Position numbers and translations under genes: made by a program
The notes under the pieces: model-generated
The model's database searches: none
Told to the model about the DNA's origin: nothing
The model's input: the letters and a program-made list of their open reading frames with translations, nothing else
NCBI GenBank assembly: GCA_963721455.1
Contig: CAVRJG010000039.1
Location: 1-64,000 of the forward strand
Reading direction: 5' to 3'
Length of the DNA stretch: 64,000 nucleotides
Source of the DNA: an uncultured Methanosarcinaceae archaeon
Lineage (GTDB): Archaea > Halobacteriota > Methanosarcinia > Methanosarcinales > Methanosarcinaceae
Part shown: positions 41,791-51,212 of the stretch, piece after piece
Layout of the letters: the number at the start of each line of letters is the position of its first letter
How positions within the stretch are numbered: position 1 is the stretch's first letter

Positions 41791-42798
41791 ATGGACGAGA
41801 TTGAAGTTAGAGAATTAGTGCCATCCGAATACAGAGATTGGGATTTGCTTGTAGATAAAGCTCAACCTGGTACACTCTTTCACACCAGCCAATGGCTGGA
41901 AATTTGCAGGGATGTCCTTGCCAGGGATCTCAGGATCTATGGCTGTTTCAGAAACGGCGAGCTTGTGGGGGGGTGCCCCCTTTTTATTAAGAACTTCAAA
42001 GGGTTCTTGAAAGTGGCATCTTCAACGTGTAATATGACTGACTATTGCGGACCTCTTATTAAAGAGGGTGCCAGCTCCAAAGCGAGCAAGAGAGTACAGG
42101 AAACTCATGAAATCCTTAACGCCCTGAGGGAATTCCTCTGCAAGCAGGAATTTGATAGTATTCACCTGACATTTTCTCCAGGGTTTGAGGATATAAGACC
42201 ATTTACATGGAATGGATGGGACTCAAAGATTCACTATACCCATCATCTGAACCTGAAAGAAAATGTCGATAATAGCATTTCAAGAAAGATCCGGAGAGAG
42301 CTTAAATCCGCAGGTGAGGCGGGACTTAAAACAAGGATATGGAATGATCCTGAAACCTATTATGGTTTGCTTTCCAAAGTCTATGAGAAACAGAACCTGG
42401 AACCTCCGCTGCCCAGGGAATTTTTCGAAAGGGTTTTTAATCTGATCCGGGAAAAAGATATTGGTTACATGTTTGTTTCCGAGACCCCCGAAGGAGAGGC
42501 AGTTGCAGCACATCTGAACCTTTACGGAAAGAAGTGCACGGTTACCTGGTCATCTGCTCTGTCCCCGTCCTTTAGCAAGATGGGGGCCAATTCTCTTCTC
42601 TATTACAATGAGTTTCTTGACCTGCAGTCCAGAAACTTTGAGTACATGAACGTCATGGCAGGAAATGTTCCCAGATTTGCGGATTTTATCCTGGGCTTTT
42701 CTCCTGAGCTAATGCCCTACTATAGTGTAACCCTGGAAAGCAAAAGGTATTCGATCCTGAAAACTTTTTACAAAACCACGCATCAGGAAACTTACTGA
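41791..42798 (+). CDS. FemAB-like GNAT family acyl/aminoacyl transferase
   Basis: WD...GTLFHTSQW, GGCPL, YCGPL, SRKIRREL, ANSLLY; length fits a double GNAT fold. Confidence 0.7.
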   Translation: MDEIEVRELVPSEYRDWDLLVDKAQPGTLFHTSQWLEICRDVLARDLRIYGCFRNGELVGGCPLFIKNFKGFLKVASSTCNMTDYCGPLIKEGASSKASKRVQETHEILNALREFLCKQEFDSIHLTFSPGFEDIRPFTWNGWDSKIHYTHHLNLKENVDNSISRKIRRELKSAGEAGLKTRIWNDPETYYGLLSKVYEKQNLEPPLPREFFERVFNLIREKDIGYMFVSETPEGEAVAAHLNLYGKKCTVTWSSALSPSFSKMGANSLLYYNEFLDLQSRNFEYMNVMAGNVPRFADFILGFSPELMPYYSVTLESKRYSILKTFYKTTHQETY

Positions 42799-42817
42799 TA
42801 GAAAGGAAGATTTTAGT

Positions 42818-43080
42818 GAGCCGATCCCAAAACTAATACTAAACCAATTATAAATTTACTTTTATGTCATTTCGTGAAACTGATAACATTCTACGGAAAT
42901 CCATGGAACATTTTCTTCTTCCACAAAAACCACATACATGAAGACCTCTTTCAGACATATGCAAGTAAACGAATGGAATCTTTCATCGAGAATTTTTAGA
43001 CGCCTTCATGAGCATAAACTCGATTGTTTATTCTAAATATGAGATTCAAAAAAGCAAATTTTAAGTTTTGGGATAAGCTC
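42818..43080. mobile_element. 263 bp MITE-like element
   Basis: Imperfect TIR GAGCCGATCCCAAAACT / AGTTTTGGGATAAGCTC; related single ends at 11299 and 53510. Confidence 0.65.
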
Positions 43081-43250
43081 TTAAAATATATAAAAGGAGG
43101 GATTTTCCCAAAATTACTTCTTTTTTGCCGTTTTTCTAATTGTCTTTTTTTCTGACTGAGACTCTACTTTTCTTTCTGCAGAAAGCTGTATTTTTAGAGA
43201 AATCAGTTTTTAGTAAGTTTTATTTTCCTGAAAAGGTTCTATTTCCTTTT

Positions 43251-44711
43251 TCAGGTTCTGTTTTTTACATTCACAAGAAAAGCCGAGAATATTTTCCTGA
43301 ATGTCGGATCATCATGAAGGGTTATGCCATAATAGATTGGCGTTATGATGCCGGCTGCAAGGAGAATAACATAAAAGTTCGCAGAGAACACTTCAAGCAG
43401 AATTAATGGGATCGAAACGACTATCCCGATTGTTGTATACTTAATAAGGATTTCTACGCTTTCCCTCTTATTAATCCCTGCAAGATTAAGCAAATATGCA
43501 TTGTTCCATAGCCAGAATACAACTCCTGTAAGGCTGAACAGGCCAAGGGCAAACTCAGGACTTCCGTAAGTTCCCCCTATAGCCAGTGCTACGACCCTGG
43601 AGATCAAAAGAATTATGCTGAAGGTAAGCCATACCTTCTGTTTCTCGAATACGCTGTAGAGAGTTGAAATAGGAGAAGAAAGAAAAACGAGGAATATCCA
43701 TGGCACAAGGATTTTTACATACGTGCCTGATATATGCCAGCTTTCTCCGAAAGCAAATGTAAATATTTCTTCTCCCAGGATCAGCAGGAGTATCATCGGG
43801 AATACTCCTATTAAAATTAGCTTTTTGTAAACCTCGCCAACTATGACTTTCATGTCTCCCTTCTCATTCCCGTTTTTCACCTCACTGATTTTCTGGAAAA
43901 AAACCTGTTGTATAGCTGTCCCGAGAAGTCCCATGGGCATATTTACTACCTGATTCGCAAGTGAAAAATATCCGACAACGCTTGTGCCGTAAAAATATGC
44001 AAGCAAAAAGGTAGGCACCTGTGGTGAAATCGTGTTTGCAAGTGTAGACCAGGAGCTAAATAAAGGGAAGTTTTTATACTGAATAGCCATCTCTTTCATT
44101 TTTTTTACTGAAACTTTCTTGAAGATTCCTAAGTCTTCTTTTGCGCCCTTAAGCATGAACAGGTCTGCAAATCCATATCCAACGACATATCCTGCTATCA
44201 GGCCTAAAGGAGATACATTCCAGATAGGGATGGCTAACTGAAATGCTTTGGTTGATAAAGTGTTTAAAATTCTGGATCCTGCTACAACTCCATAACGTAT
44301 TTTTCTTGAAAGCCAGTAGTTCTGCACGAAAAAAAGGCCGTTAAAGAATATTATTGCTGGAAGATAAATTAAATATTTTGAAGTTCCCGGAGCATTGAAG
44401 ATGTGCTCAATATCCTTCGGAAAAATTATCACTGCTACAGCTGTGAGTAAAGATATAAAGGTAACTAATATCGCGCAGAGGAAAGCAACGTTTGCAGAAT
44501 CTTCCTCTGTTTTTGGTAACATGATCGCAAACTGGTATGAAAAAGTAGAGAAAATTACCAGTATGCCTGATACTGAGAGAAATATCTGAAAAATTCCTAA
44601 ATCGGCTGGGCTGTAAATTCTGGTGATTAGGGGTACAAGAAGTATACCAAGGATCTGTGCAGTAACACTTCCCGATACGAGCTTTAATACATTGGCGATA
44701 AAGTTTGACAT
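43251..44711 (-). CDS. Oligosaccharide flippase (TuaB-like)
   Basis: PLITRIYSPADLG, YKNFPLFS, VGYFSLA, FGESW. Confidence 0.87.
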   Translation of the reverse strand: MSNFIANVLKLVSGSVTAQILGILLVPLITRIYSPADLGIFQIFLSVSGILVIFSTFSYQFAIMLPKTEEDSANVAFLCAILVTFISLLTAVAVIIFPKDIEHIFNAPGTSKYLIYLPAIIFFNGLFFVQNYWLSRKIRYGVVAGSRILNTLSTKAFQLAIPIWNVSPLGLIAGYVVGYGFADLFMLKGAKEDLGIFKKVSVKKMKEMAIQYKNFPLFSSWSTLANTISPQVPTFLLAYFYGTSVVGYFSLANQVVNMPMGLLGTAIQQVFFQKISEVKNGNEKGDMKVIVGEVYKKLILIGVFPMILLLILGEEIFTFAFGESWHISGTYVKILVPWIFLVFLSSPISTLYSVFEKQKVWLTFSIILLISRVVALAIGGTYGSPEFALGLFSLTGVVFWLWNNAYLLNLAGINKRESVEILIKYTTIGIVVSIPLILLEVFSANFYVILLAAGIITPIYYGITLHDDPTFRKIFSAFLVNVKNRT

Positions 44712-44797
44712 ACAGTTTCCAACTTTGAAATATGAATCCCGGATGGTGGCGGGCTTTTTTCATCTCGTAATAAGTAAACGGATGCTATCGTGGGCTA

Positions 44798-46747
44798 TTA
44801 CTTTCTGGTTCCTTTTCTTTCCTTTATGTAAGCAGAAACCTCTTCGTTGTCATATATCAGAGCATAGTCCTGTGCTTCAAATCTGTTGAAGAACTCTTCT
44901 GGCAGCGTCTGGATAAAATTCACCCCATAACGTTCAGGATCATTAATAGAGACAGGTTCTTTCAGAGTTGATTTTCTCAGCAAAACTATCGGGTTGCCAC
45001 TGATCTCTCCAGTCTGTATATGCTGAATGTTAAAATATGTTGCGTTACCGGAATCGTATCCCCTGTCCCTGTAAAAAAGGCAGCTATCATATGGAGAGTC
45101 CATCAGGATATTCCCTGAGCATTTCGCTGATACTGTTTTAATAGCCTGGATTTCAATATCTTTGAACTGGTTTCTTACGGTCGTGTCCTTTGCCACAAGC
45201 GGGTTATCTTTATTTATGCCTGGCGTTGTAACCATCACAAATGAAAACAGTAGAACGATTATGAAGATTGCGGGGATCTTTACTTTTTTTGAGTTAAAGA
45301 GGCTTACTAATTTTAGCATATATGATGCAGCTACAAGCACGAGAAACACCGATATCAGTGGGAACCATCTGCTTGTCAGGAAATTCCTCATCCCGAGTAA
45401 AGGAATTCCATAAGCAAGACTATACAGAATTACAACCACTAAAGCAATAGAGAACTTATTGACTTTCTTGACATCTCCGCGAGAAAACCAGGCTAACACC
45501 CCTCCTATTGCGAAAAACGGCAGAGCAAGGTAGCTTATATGAAGTAGGAGTACTTCCAGTGTTTCCTGGTTACTTCCGGAACCTACGATCAGTTCATCGC
45601 TTGAGTAGCTTGCTCCTGCCTGAAGCACATCTATAAGAGGCCTGAGAATCATTTCAAAAAAGGAAGTGCTCGGGTTTACATACGTGAACATCCAGTATGT
45701 TTGCAGACTAATAACAAAAAAGAGAATATAATTAAAGCTGGTTGTTCTCATGGGAAGACTCTTATACAGATGATTGTGCAGGTATTTGCCCACATAAATC
45801 GAAACTAAAACGAGAAATACTACAAAAGTTGTTAATTGGTGAGTCAGAACCATCAGAATAGTAATTAACAAGATAAATCCAGTATATCTCAAACTCTGCT
45901 TTTCGCTAAAGATCATGTATATCATAAATATAAAGTAGCAGAGAACAAGAGAACCCGAAGTTATATTCGCAATGCCTGCGACGATATTATGATTATTCAA
46001 GTTTATTAGTAGAGTCGCCAGCAAACCCATCTGGGGGCCTTCAAGTTTCGTTCCTATTAGGTAAACGCCTATTGTACTGAAAACACTGGCAAATCCTATA
46101 GAATAAAATACCGCGTCTTTAATATCTGTTTCGCCCATTATCTGAGTAACTGAAATAAGAATATGAGCAAGCGGATAATAGAAATACTTGCTACTTATTT
46201 CAATCGGAGCAACAAATCCAGTATCAGTAATTATCCGTGCCATACTTGCATGAAAATAAGCATCGTAACCCATGAGGCTCGGAAAGTTGTAAAAAATTCC
46301 GACTCTTATGAGGACTGAAAGCAGGAATATTTGAAGTAATATAGAGATTACTCCGTCTCCCTCTCTAATATAAAGAATTTCGGAGGCGATAATGCCGGCA
46401 AGGACGCATATAAGTATAAAGTAAGATATAGGCCTGTAGTACAGATTCATACTGTATATCAAAACGCATGTGAGAAATGTTAGATAGAATGAAAAATTCA
46501 GTATGCTTTTTAATCTGTCTTCCCCAGAAGATATGGCTGCCTCAGTTTTGAATTTATTTCTAAAGAGGATATAAATTAAACAGGAAGAAAGGATGGCAAT
46601 TCCAATATCCTTCTGGTTTAGATTGATTATATAGTATAAAGAAACGATCAATAACCCTAAACTAAATCCCATTACGCTGAGAATCACATCAAGATTTTTT
46701 GTAAATCTCTCTGCGTATCCTTTTGCAGTTTCCATACATCCCCACAA
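44798..46747 (-). CDS. Large polytopic membrane protein, GT-C/polymerase-like (paralog of 21700..23673)
   Basis: GYDAYFH, YYPLAH, many TM helices; likely start ATG 46735. Confidence 0.6.
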   Translation of the reverse strand: MWGCMETAKGYAERFTKNLDVILSVMGFSLGLLIVSLYYIINLNQKDIGIAILSSCLIYILFRNKFKTEAAISSGEDRLKSILNFSFYLTFLTCVLIYSMNLYYRPISYFILICVLAGIIASEILYIREGDGVISILLQIFLLSVLIRVGIFYNFPSLMGYDAYFHASMARIITDTGFVAPIEISSKYFYYPLAHILISVTQIMGETDIKDAVFYSIGFASVFSTIGVYLIGTKLEGPQMGLLATLLINLNNHNIVAGIANITSGSLVLCYFIFMIYMIFSEKQSLRYTGFILLITILMVLTHQLTTFVVFLVLVSIYVGKYLHNHLYKSLPMRTTSFNYILFFVISLQTYWMFTYVNPSTSFFEMILRPLIDVLQAGASYSSDELIVGSGSNQETLEVLLLHISYLALPFFAIGGVLAWFSRGDVKKVNKFSIALVVVILYSLAYGIPLLGMRNFLTSRWFPLISVFLVLVAASYMLKLVSLFNSKKVKIPAIFIIVLLFSFVMVTTPGINKDNPLVAKDTTVRNQFKDIEIQAIKTVSAKCSGNILMDSPYDSCLFYRDRGYDSGNATYFNIQHIQTGEISGNPIVLLRKSTLKEPVSINDPERYGVNFIQTLPEEFFNRFEAQDYALIYDNEEVSAYIKERKGTRK

Positions 46748-46879
46748 TATGATAATTTTATATAACTAAATCATTTCAAGCTAAAATATTTTTTGCTTGT
46801 TATTTCAGAATACCTTTTTTTACAGATTACTTCTTATTTTTCAGCCCTCTTTCTTTTACACCTCAGCCTGTCTGCAGTT

Positions 46880-47343
46880 TCAATATTTTTTCGTCCACCA
46901 TCTGCATATCTCAGCTCCCTATGCCATCCAGGCACCTTTTGAGTACAGTATTGCAGGATTTTTATGAATTCCAGACAATCCAATCCTCTGCATATAGGTA
47001 TTATTTCGCCCATTTGTCCAATGCCAGAGATTGTAAGTACTCCTCCATGTAGTCCAACCTCCCACCCGTCATCCGAAATACGGCCAAGTTCTTCTTCCAG
47101 CTGTGGTATTCAATATTCTGGGGCATACAAAATCGATGTCATGGGTCAGGCACACAACAAATTTTCTTCCATCAGGATATTCGGGATTCAGCTTATTTTT
47201 GATCCGAAAGTTCGAGACTTCAGGCTCGAAAACGTTTCTTTGACTGCTCAGGTAATTGGAAAATCTTCCGTATTTCTCTAAAAGGATAGGGGCATGCTCC
47301 TCTTTTTTGCAAATAACTCCCACAGCTCTCCATCTTGCTCCAT
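46880..47343 (-). pseudogene. Eroded polysaccharide deacetylase paralog
   Basis: Fragments ELWELFAKK, EPEVS, CLTHDID, GRISDDGWEVGLHGG, KILQYC and GAWM...RWW align to 38483..39532, with deletions and frameshifts. Confidence 0.8.
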
Positions 47344-48921
47344 TTATTTAATCACTGTATCCCCTTATTCCTACCCTTTGGACTTCTAACTTTATTAAAT
47401 ATTTGGTTAACTCAGGATTATTCCTTCTTTCTGTAAGGAGTCTCTTTCGATGAACTCGTCACATTAATCTTATCCCACTACAGCCCCAAATATCCCTTTT
47501 TCATGAGTTATCTTCTATTTTTCAGGTCGTAGTCTGAAATAATCCGGAATTTTGTATCCTGCTAAAGTCATTCTGACACTCTGGAACTCGGATTTTATAT
47601 GTAACCTTTCTGATCTCAAAAATTGGACTGCGTTCTCTCATAGCTGATTCTACCCCTCAATTATTTTACTCCCTTCAATTATTTTACCTCCCCCAATTCT
47701 CTAAGTACAGTTTCTTCCAGATTCTGGCAATGTCCTGAAAAAGAAATATGTCATTTTAACGCAAGTACTCAATTCTCAGCAAAAAATCCCTGTCATTTTT
47801 ACTACTTTCTCCAGATTCTCGCCGTAACCATTTACTGGTGGAAGATACAGATGCATTCTTTCTTCACAGTCGGGATTCATGCGTAAGAAAAGCACAACGC
47901 AGCAGTTCCTGGGCTTAGTGTAACGCAATAGAACGGCCAAAAATACTTCGCATCTTCTCCTAGTAAGTAGAGGTTCCGCAGTTCCTATCCTTTTACAATG
48001 TTCCCCTTAAATGAATAAATATTATTAGAATATAAGTTTTAGCGTTGAATTAAAATTCTTTCCTCAGTATTCTGTCGCTATTCTCATATCTCAAACTCTT
48101 AATCTGCTGATTTCTAAAACATTTTAATAATTCTCAGACTCTATTAGTTTTATTCAAGCCTATTATCCGCACGTTTCCGTCCTTTATGAGTGCTTTCAGG
48201 GTAAAGGCCCTCAATCCACGCACATTTTTGCTACCTGAGTTCACCCTGCGATATTATCTTTTTTCCTATTATTTGATCACCAGTTAGGGCAGTAGTGGCA
48301 TATGTAACAGCGGCTCTTTGGAAGTTCACTCTTTAAGTTCCGGCTCCTTCTATATAGGGCACTTATAGTTTGCAAGTGCAGGCATAAAATACCTGATGAA
48401 CTGTAAATATAAGTCTTTCTAATACATTATTACCTGTTTGGGTATTTGCTTCATTTATAGCCAGCTTTAACATTCCTTGCCCAGAACGATCGTCGATTTA
48501 TTTTCCAAAGTCACCGCCTCTCTGAAAATTCACTTTTCACGACAATAAAGAGTTAAATTTGCAAAAAAATGCTGTTTTCTCCATTACAGTTGGCCTGTAT
48601 ATTTATGGTCATCTAAGCTACTCAAATAGCTAATAAGCTCATTATTTATCTTCCCTTTAAATTTCGGAGAAAAAAAGCTCTTTTTTTTCATGTTAAAAGC
48701 ACAGAGAGGTCTTAATTAGTTAATCCAGCTCTGTTGTCCTATTCACAGAGATCTTTGGTAATGAGATTTCAATACCTTAATATTTTTATAGACTTATCAA
48801 AAGCATGTGTTAACTTTATATATTTCTTAGTCTAATAATTTTTTGAATGATATCCTTTAATATTTTTGCATTTATACACATAAAGGGGGTTATAGCATAT
48901 GCAGACGTATAGGGGGGTGCA

Positions 48922-50523
48922 TTGGGTTTGTTTTCAACCCTTACACTTGGTCTTAATTCTCTAATTTCCGATCCTATTAGCATAGTATCTTCGCCATCTC
49001 AACTTACCGATAGGTTGCTCAGGCATGAATTTACGGTCTTAATTCCAGCTCAGAACGAGGAAACTTCCATTGGAAGCAAAGTATTGATTGCGGCAAGTTA
49101 CGCTGACCGTGTACTTGTTCTTGATAAGGGTTCCACCGATCGAACTATGGAAGTCGCGGCTTTAGGAGGGGCACGAGTTGTTCCTCTGGCAGGCGGAGAG
49201 GAGGCGTCGCTCAATATACTTTACAGGGCATCTCTTGATTCGGAGCTTGTGGTCCTTATCTATCCTGAGTGCATGCAGGATATAGACCTGCTTTACCATG
49301 TCCTTGAACCATTAAGGCAGGGATTTGACTTATCTGTAGGTTCATGGCCCTGCCGTGTCTCCTGTGAGCAGGAAACAGTGATGCTGCTTAATGGGAAAAA
49401 TACCTTTAGGGAAAAAATAGGTTTTCTTGCCATAACAGCTGATTCACTGCAGAAAATAAGTTCAGGCAAAGAGCATCTATCTTTAAAATCCTTGCTCTCT
49501 GCAGCGAAGACCAAAGGACTTAAGGTTAACTACCTGAGCTTTGATGTGGATCCTGTATTCAGGAAACTTGAGAGCACACGTATAGGAGTTGTAGTGCCTG
49601 CTTATAATGAGGAATTGCTTATAGGCGAAACTCTCAGCGGGATCCCTGAATATGTGGACAGGATCTACGTAATCGATGACGGTAGTATAGATCGCACAGG
49701 TGAGATTGTAAAAAAGTTCGGAGATCCGAGGATCGTGTATCTGCGCCATGAAGTAAATAAAGGAGTAGGCGCAGGAATAATTGACGGGTATAAACTTGCC
49801 CTGAAAGATGAAATGGATATTGTTGCTGTTATGGCCGGGGACAATCAGATGGACCCTGTCCAGCTTCCCAGGTTGATTTTCCCGATCATTGAGGGAAGAG
49901 CTGATTATACAAAGGGAAACAGGTTACTTACTGACGATTTTATGACCGGAATGAGTAAATGGAGGTCTTTTGGAAACCTTCTCCTCAGCTTTATAACAAA
50001 AATAGGCAGCGGTTACTGGCAGGTTATGGACCCTCAAAACGGATATACAGCTATTTCCAGGCAGGCTCTCGAGGTTATTGATCTAGATTCAGTTTATCCT
50101 TATTATGGCTACTGTAACGATCTGTTGATCAAGCTCAATGCCTTTGGAATGAGAGTAATGGATGTGGTAATGCCCGCTCGTTACGGCACAGAAAAATCGA
50201 AGATCCGGTATGGCAAGTTCATTCGCAAAGTAGCTCCCATGATCTTCAGGGGCTTTCTCTGGAGGTTAAGGGTCAAATATACGGTTCTTGATTTCCATCC
50301 TCTGGTACTATTCTACTTCCTTGGGATGATTTCCCTGCCGATGGGTGTTCTTTTAGGATTCTGGGGCCTTTTGCAGATGTTGTTGCAAAACCCTCTTCCT
50401 TCCTACTACCCCCTGCTTGGCTTCCTCGTATTGGGCACGGGACTTCAGATGCTTCTTTTCGGAATGCTTTTTGACATGCAGGTCGAAAAAAAAAGGAATG
50501 AAAGGATAGGACTTGCTCGTTAA
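48922..50523 (+). CDS. Glycosyltransferase family 2 with a degenerate N-terminal GT2-like domain
   Basis: N-terminal PAQNEE..LDKGSTD; C-terminal PAYNEE..IDDGSID..AGDNQMD..KGNR..DPQNGYTA; 2 TM helices. Confidence 0.85.
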   Translation: MGLFSTLTLGLNSLISDPISIVSSPSQLTDRLLRHEFTVLIPAQNEETSIGSKVLIAASYADRVLVLDKGSTDRTMEVAALGGARVVPLAGGEEASLNILYRASLDSELVVLIYPECMQDIDLLYHVLEPLRQGFDLSVGSWPCRVSCEQETVMLLNGKNTFREKIGFLAITADSLQKISSGKEHLSLKSLLSAAKTKGLKVNYLSFDVDPVFRKLESTRIGVVVPAYNEELLIGETLSGIPEYVDRIYVIDDGSIDRTGEIVKKFGDPRIVYLRHEVNKGVGAGIIDGYKLALKDEMDIVAVMAGDNQMDPVQLPRLIFPIIEGRADYTKGNRLLTDDFMTGMSKWRSFGNLLLSFITKIGSGYWQVMDPQNGYTAISRQALEVIDLDSVYPYYGYCNDLLIKLNAFGMRVMDVVMPARYGTEKSKIRYGKFIRKVAPMIFRGFLWRLRVKYTVLDFHPLVLFYFLGMISLPMGVLLGFWGLLQMLLQNPLPSYYPLLGFLVLGTGLQMLLFGMLFDMQVEKKRNERIGLAR

Positions 50524-50555
50524 GACCCGGAAATATACTCTTCCGGATCTTTTTT
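50524..50555 (+). terminator. Hairpin plus T-tract
   Basis: CCGGAA-N8-TTCCGG followed by a T run, between convergent genes. Confidence 0.5.
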
Positions 50556-50575
50556 CTTTAATCTATTTTTTTCTT

Positions 50576-51124
50576 TCAGTGTCCGTTTATTCCATCCGAG
50601 TTCTTTTTGCTTAACCGTTTTTTTAACCAGTTTACAGCAAAGATAGCCATTATCCCGATCCCCATAATTTCAGCGATGAAAGTTTGCGAGAACTCAGGCT
50701 CAAAAGATTTTTTGAACATTCTTAATAAATATTCAAGTCCAGTATATCCCGTGAAATCTTTGGGAAAACTCAATCCGAGGAGAGGCCAGAAAAAAGTTGA
50801 AGGCCATGTCCACATATGATCTTCCAGAAGGTGGAAAAAAGAGCCTGAAGCCACAGCAAGTCCTCTGCTGTTTTTTCTTTTTTCGTACAGGTATACACCT
50901 GTCAGGGCGAGAAGAAGAGTGAACAGTAAGGTATGACCTATGATACGTCCGTTTGCAAGGGTAGAAGCAAAGATAACTCTCCCGATAGGTTTGTCTATCA
51001 AGTCAGGCAGAAGAGCTCCAATGGCCAGATATCTCGGATCTACTACAACCCTCAGTCTGGATATAAAAATTCCAAGCCCTAAATATACCCCCAGCGTAAT
51101 CCCTAGATGTCCAAAAAGAAGCAT
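50576..51124 (-). CDS. Membrane-bound metal-dependent hydrolase (YdjM-like)
   Basis: GH, LLPDLID, GHTLLF, HLLED. Confidence 0.8.
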   Translation of the reverse strand: MLLFGHLGITLGVYLGLGIFISRLRVVVDPRYLAIGALLPDLIDKPIGRVIFASTLANGRIIGHTLLFTLLLALTGVYLYEKRKNSRGLAVASGSFFHLLEDHMWTWPSTFFWPLLGLSFPKDFTGYTGLEYLLRMFKKSFEPEFSQTFIAEIMGIGIMAIFAVNWLKKRLSKKNSDGINGH

Positions 51125-51212
51125 CGAAAATTAAAGGTCCCTTCGTTTATATCTAAATATTGCCCGCATTTTTATTAACCAAATTGCATTTTCAGAGCAA
51201 TTTTATCGATAT

